IMG/VR virus record: IMGVR_UViG_3300020459_000007
DNA length: 20,000 nt
Origin: an uncultured virus (IMG/VR IMGVR_UViG_3300020459_000007)
Lineage: Duplodnaviria > Heunggongvirae > Uroviricota > Caudoviricetes
Strand: one strand, 5' to 3'
Shown: positions 16,265 through 20,000 of the stretch, in pieces
Layout: the number at the start of each line of letters is the position of its first letter
How positions within the stretch are numbered: position 1 is the first letter of the stretch
The notes under the pieces: generated by a model
Database searches by the model: none
Told to the model about the DNA's origin: nothing
The model's input: the letters and a program-made list of their open reading frames with translations, nothing else
Translations under genes and position numbers: made by a program

Positions 16265-17601
16265 TATAAGTTACCTGCTATTCCAAATGGGTTTCCTTCA
16301 CTGAAGTCCATGATATCATCGCCAGCTGTCTCAAAAGTAACAGCTTCAGAGTATTTAGGATCTGCAGTTGCCATCTCGTCCCTACTATCTAGCACAATTG
16401 TAGCCCCAGACTCTGAACCAACTATAGATTCACCTATTGTAAACGTACCAGTTGGGGACTTCAGTTTGACCCAACCTTCATTTGCATCCCACTCTACTAG
16501 GTTTGCAGTAGTTCCTGTAGTGCTACCAGTGACTGTTTCAGGTACAGTGAATGCTCCTGATATTCCAACTGGTGCAGCAGAGAACGTTGCAGTAGCAGAT
16601 GTATATCCAGTACCACCGTTATCAATATCAACTAATCTAACACTCTTATACCCTGAACCACCATTGACTATATTCAATGAAGTCAATACACCATTGGTAA
16701 AAGTAGGGAGTATAGTTGCAAATCTACCAGGACTATCTGGGGAACTAACAACTAGAGTTACTCTATCCTCATCATAGTTTGCACCACCATCTACAATCTG
16801 TACAGATCTAATCTCACCCTCTTTAACTGTTGCTCTGATAATAGCGGATGCTGTTGGTGATCCACCACTCAAAGTAATGTTAGCAAGATATGCTGTTGCT
16901 GTTGCACCACTACCATCTCCACCGATAGTAACTGTAGGTGCTTCGTTATACTTAGATCCGTTTTGATCAATGTAGACTTGATCTATAACTCCACTTAGTA
17001 ATGTTGGAGTTCCAGTAGCAGTAGTACCATTGATAGGCAAGTAGTAATGCTTGACAGTGTAACCGTAATCGACAAGATCCTCGTCGCTGTCAAAGACATC
17101 TCCTTGCTCGTCACTGTACTCGAATAGTTCTGCTTTAAGTTTATAGACATAACCTTTACCTAACTGGTAGAATGGTTCTTCATGCTCTACAAATTTTATC
17201 TCAAAGTAATTGCTTGTTAGTGGGAAATATATTAGATCACCTTCTTGTGGTCTCTCAGGTGCTTTGTAATCTGGATCTAGTAAAAGGAATTGGGATATAA
17301 GATCTGAAAATCTCTGAGCAGAGATAACCATAGTTATTTCATCTGCCTGTGCTACACCAAACTTAGTAAGTAAATCACCTGCACCTTGGAACCCATCAGG
17401 GTTTTCTAGATATGCTTCTATAATATATGCATCATTAAACTCACCAATAACTTCCTCATTAAAGACACCATCAGTCTGCATGATCTCTCTAGGGCAATAG
17501 AGTATATCCATCCCAAACATTTTGAGATGCTCTTCTACTAAATTCTGTAATAAGAACTGTTCGTTCCTAGTACCATGTGTGAAGTAAGTGGATCTTGCCA
17601 T
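16264..17601 (-). CDS. g14: Neck protein gp14, with inserted beta-rich repeats
   Basis: EQFLLQNLVEE, RPQEGDLIYFP, FEIKFVEHEEPFYQLGK and C-terminal DFSEGNPFG motifs. Confidence 0.95.
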   Translation of the reverse strand: MARSTYFTHGTRNEQFLLQNLVEEHLKMFGMDILYCPREIMQTDGVFNEEVIGEFNDAYIIEAYLENPDGFQGAGDLLTKFGVAQADEITMVISAQRFSDLISQFLLLDPDYKAPERPQEGDLIYFPLTSNYFEIKFVEHEEPFYQLGKGYVYKLKAELFEYSDEQGDVFDSDEDLVDYGYTVKHYYLPINGTTATGTPTLLSGVIDQVYIDQNGSKYNEAPTVTIGGDGSGATATAYLANITLSGGSPTASAIIRATVKEGEIRSVQIVDGGANYDEDRVTLVVSSPDSPGRFATILPTFTNGVLTSLNIVNGGSGYKSVRLVDIDNGGTGYTSATATFSAAPVGISGAFTVPETVTGSTTGTTANLVEWDANEGWVKLKSPTGTFTIGESIVGSESGATIVLDSRDEMATADPKYSEAVTFETAGDDIMDFSEGNPFGIAGNL

Positions 17602-18416
17602 TAGCCAATCATATCCATAGGCATAGTCTCATAGACTGTGAGCATTTCTTCTTCTAACTTTGCTACTTTCTCTTTGCCTTCGTTGTATATAAACTCTCCG
17701 TTCATAGTAATTCCACCTGGTAACTGTGCTCCTTGGAACTTGATTAGGTTAGCACCCCACTGTCTTTGAACCAATGCAGACACATATCTCTTCATCCATA
17801 TGTCATTATACACATCAGTATCTGCGGTAGGATCTACAGCACGATAGCATTCTAGAACTAAGAAATCATCTTCTTTAACATCAGTCTTCCAGTCTAGATC
17901 CAAGTAAAGTTTGTTTCCTCTCAACTGGAACCTAGTTTGTTTCTGTCCTTCTAGTAAGAAATATATGTCTTCCAATCTACGGTTGACCATCTCATAGGTC
18001 AAAATTTCTGTGTTCGTTAAATCCCAGAGGTCATTCAATCTCCACTGATACCTTACGTCAAATAGGTTTGTTACGTTCTTAGATACAAATGGGAATACCT
18101 TAATGACACTAGTGATATGATCTGGCATCTTAACAAAATTATTCTGCTCTAGGTAAGAGACTGGTAATGCATTAGAAGTACCAGATGCAATACTAGTAGT
18201 GGTATCAGTAGTCATGTTGGTAATCATGTCTGCAGTCCACTTAATTTTTACGTGGGTTCTGATGTAACCATCACTATTTCTTTCATTGTAAAACTGGATA
18301 GCATCATCTACTAGATCATCTATCTGATCATCTTCTATGTTTATTTCTAGGACTGGAGCACCATTTTGACGTAGTGCGTAATCTATAAGTCCCTGCCTTG
18401 TTGAAGCTTTAGCCAT
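17601..18416 (-). CDS. g13: Neck protein gp13
   Basis: STRQGLIDYALRQNGAPVLEINIEDDQIDD and QWGANLIKFQGAQLPGGITMNG motifs. Confidence 0.96.
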   Translation of the reverse strand: MAKASTRQGLIDYALRQNGAPVLEINIEDDQIDDLVDDAIQFYNERNSDGYIRTHVKIKWTADMITNMTTDTTTSIASGTSNALPVSYLEQNNFVKMPDHITSVIKVFPFVSKNVTNLFDVRYQWRLNDLWDLTNTEILTYEMVNRRLEDIYFLLEGQKQTRFQLRGNKLYLDLDWKTDVKEDDFLVLECYRAVDPTADTDVYNDIWMKRYVSALVQRQWGANLIKFQGAQLPGGITMNGEFIYNEGKEKVAKLEEEMLTVYETMPMDMIG

Positions 18417-18417
18417 G

Positions 18418-20000
18418 TTAGGTAGGATTAACGTTGAATCTAATTCTTACATAATATGTAGTATTAGAACTGAGGTTTACAGCACCTGGTAGTGTGTATT
18501 GTGTTAAGTTTGTTGAGTTACCAAGAGATTGGTGAACGATTGTGCTGAATGCAGACGTAGTAGCAAACTGCCAATCACTAGATGAATGCTGATAACCACT
18601 CTTCAATTGGATTGGATCAACATTGATTGTTGGGTTGAATGCTGGTGTGATAGTCTGAATGTCTGGTTGATCTACAAATGGTGTTGTGAAAGTGACTGCT
18701 GCTGTATAAGCACTTTCTAGACCAGAGTTATCTCTGAACTTAACCTGTACAGAGTATGCTTTATCAAACTCAAGTGTGCCACTTGGTACAGTTAATGATG
18801 TTAAATTACCAGTATCACCACCAGCAAATGTCTGAACTGTATCATACACTGTCACGTTATCTACAACTCTTCTAATTCTCCAGAAACTAGAGAAGTGAGT
18901 TGATCCTGCATACTCAGAAACAAATGCTGCTGTGCTGATGACAGGTTGTCTTGAAAGAGTCTTAGTTGTATCTGGATCAATGAATGGACTTACTGATGCA
19001 GGTGCTGATACAAATTCTGATTCATTGACTGTTAGTGTTGCAGCACTAGAAGTAACAGTGGTAGCAGCTGCGTTAGTTAATACACAACGGAATTGTTCTG
19101 ATGGTGATGTTGGATATGTTGTTGCAGGTGTTGTGTAAGTTGCTGCATTTGCACCATTGACAGCATTAAATGAAACTGCATTGTCAGTAGATTTCTGCCA
19201 CTGGTATGAGATTACATCACTAGTAATCTGTGCTCCAATATTAAATGTTGCAGTGCCACCCTCAATAACAGCCTGTGACTGTGGTTGAGTTTGAATTGTT
19301 ATGACACGTAAAACAGTTAATACTGCAAAGTTAGAAGTTATATCTGCAGCAGAACCAACAAGAGATGTTACACAACGATAACGATCACTGCCATCATTAG
19401 CATATACTAAGGTTGGAGTTGTATATGATGCACTGGTTGCCCCACCTACAGTCACATAGTTTACTCCACCATCATCAGATCTTTCCCACTGGTAGGTTGT
19501 AGTTCCACTACTTGTAGATGTGGTTACTGCAAAGGTTGCAGTTCCACCTTCATTAGCAGTAGCGTTTGATGGTTGTGCTGTAATAGAGAATGTTCTTTGA
19601 ACTGTTAAGGTAACAGCATTGGTTGTTGCAGGAGTTGAAGCACCCACTGCACTGATCACACAACGATACTGATCGTTATGATCTACAGCATATGTTGTCG
19701 CTGCAGTTGTATATGAAGCAGAGGTTGCTCCACCAACTGATGCCCAAGCACCACCACCATCATCAGATTTCTCCCACTGATATGTGACGCTAGGTTCATG
19801 AGCAGATTGTCCACCTGCAGAACCTCCACCTCCACCACTAGGCGTATCAAACTGATCTACCTCGAATGAAGATTGTGCAGCGTTACCACCAACAGGTGAC
19901 ATAGTAACACCACCAAGTGTTGTGAATGTTGCTGTTTGAGTTTCCTCAACTGTTGCATCAGCTGGTTGTGATGATACTACTACCGCAACGGTTTCTATTT
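18418..20000 (-). CDS. Ig-like repeat structural/fibre protein, C-terminal part (5' truncated)
   Basis: The frame is open beyond the track start at 19902 to the window edge (IETVAVVVSSQPADATVEETQTATF...). Three roughly 100-aa repeats of QP...EGGTATF...YQWEKS.D...GATSASYTT...YRCV, then two FN3-like units (YSVQVKFRD, TYYVRIRF). Confidence 0.85.
   Translation of the reverse strand, partial: IETVAVVVSSQPADATVEETQTATFTTLGGVTMSPVGGNAAQSSFEVDQFDTPSGGGGGSAGGQSAHEPSVTYQWEKSDDGGGAWASVGGATSASYTTAATTYAVDHNDQYRCVISAVGASTPATTNAVTLTVQRTFSITAQPSNATANEGGTATFAVTTSTSSGTTTYQWERSDDGGVNYVTVGGATSASYTTPTLVYANDGSDRYRCVTSLVGSAADITSNFAVLTVLRVITIQTQPQSQAVIEGGTATFNIGAQITSDVISYQWQKSTDNAVSFNAVNGANAATYTTPATTYPTSPSEQFRCVLTNAAATTVTSSAATLTVNESEFVSAPASVSPFIDPDTTKTLSRQPVISTAAFVSEYAGSTHFSSFWRIRRVVDNVTVYDTVQTFAGGDTGNLTSLTVPSGTLEFDKAYSVQVKFRDNSGLESAYTAAVTFTTPFVDQPDIQTITPAFNPTINVDPIQLKSGYQHSSSDWQFATTSAFSTIVHQSLGNSTNLTQYTLPGAVNLSSNTTYYVRIRFNVNPT

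Noticed and set aside
798..19138. Other short plus-strand and alternate-frame ORFs (e.g. 798-1130, 6735-7031, 10916-11212, 15852-16304, 16310-16777)
   Set aside because: All lie wholly or almost wholly within conserved core genes and show shadow-type composition.

Overview
This window is the core virion-morphogenesis region of a T4-like marine cyanophage (Kyanoviridae-type myovirus). All credible genes are on the minus strand. Reading in transcription order from 20000 down to 1: a partial Ig-repeat fibre/structural protein, gp13, gp14, gp15, gp16 (terS), a four-gene insert, gp17 (terL), gp18, gp19, gp20, a small acidic prohead-core protein, gp21, gp22, gp23, a two-gene insert, gp3, uvsY, uvsW, uvsW.1 and the 5' end of g55 (late sigma factor). 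I hand-translated four CDSs missing from the ORF track: g55 and ORFs of 54, 52 and 55 aa. Several T4-type late promoters (TAAATA) and two intrinsic terminators are visible. Three regions stand out. (1) Between g23 and g3, a terminator-bounded unit has a perfect NtcA-type box upstream of a 54-aa twin-CxxxC protein, followed by a 3-His cupin. (2) Back-to-back sigma70 promoters lie at g55, one firing antisense into the uvsW.1/uvsW operon. (3) A late-promoter cassette of four small, apparently translationally coupled genes sits between terS and terL. All family assignments come from motif recognition and synteny; no database searches were run.
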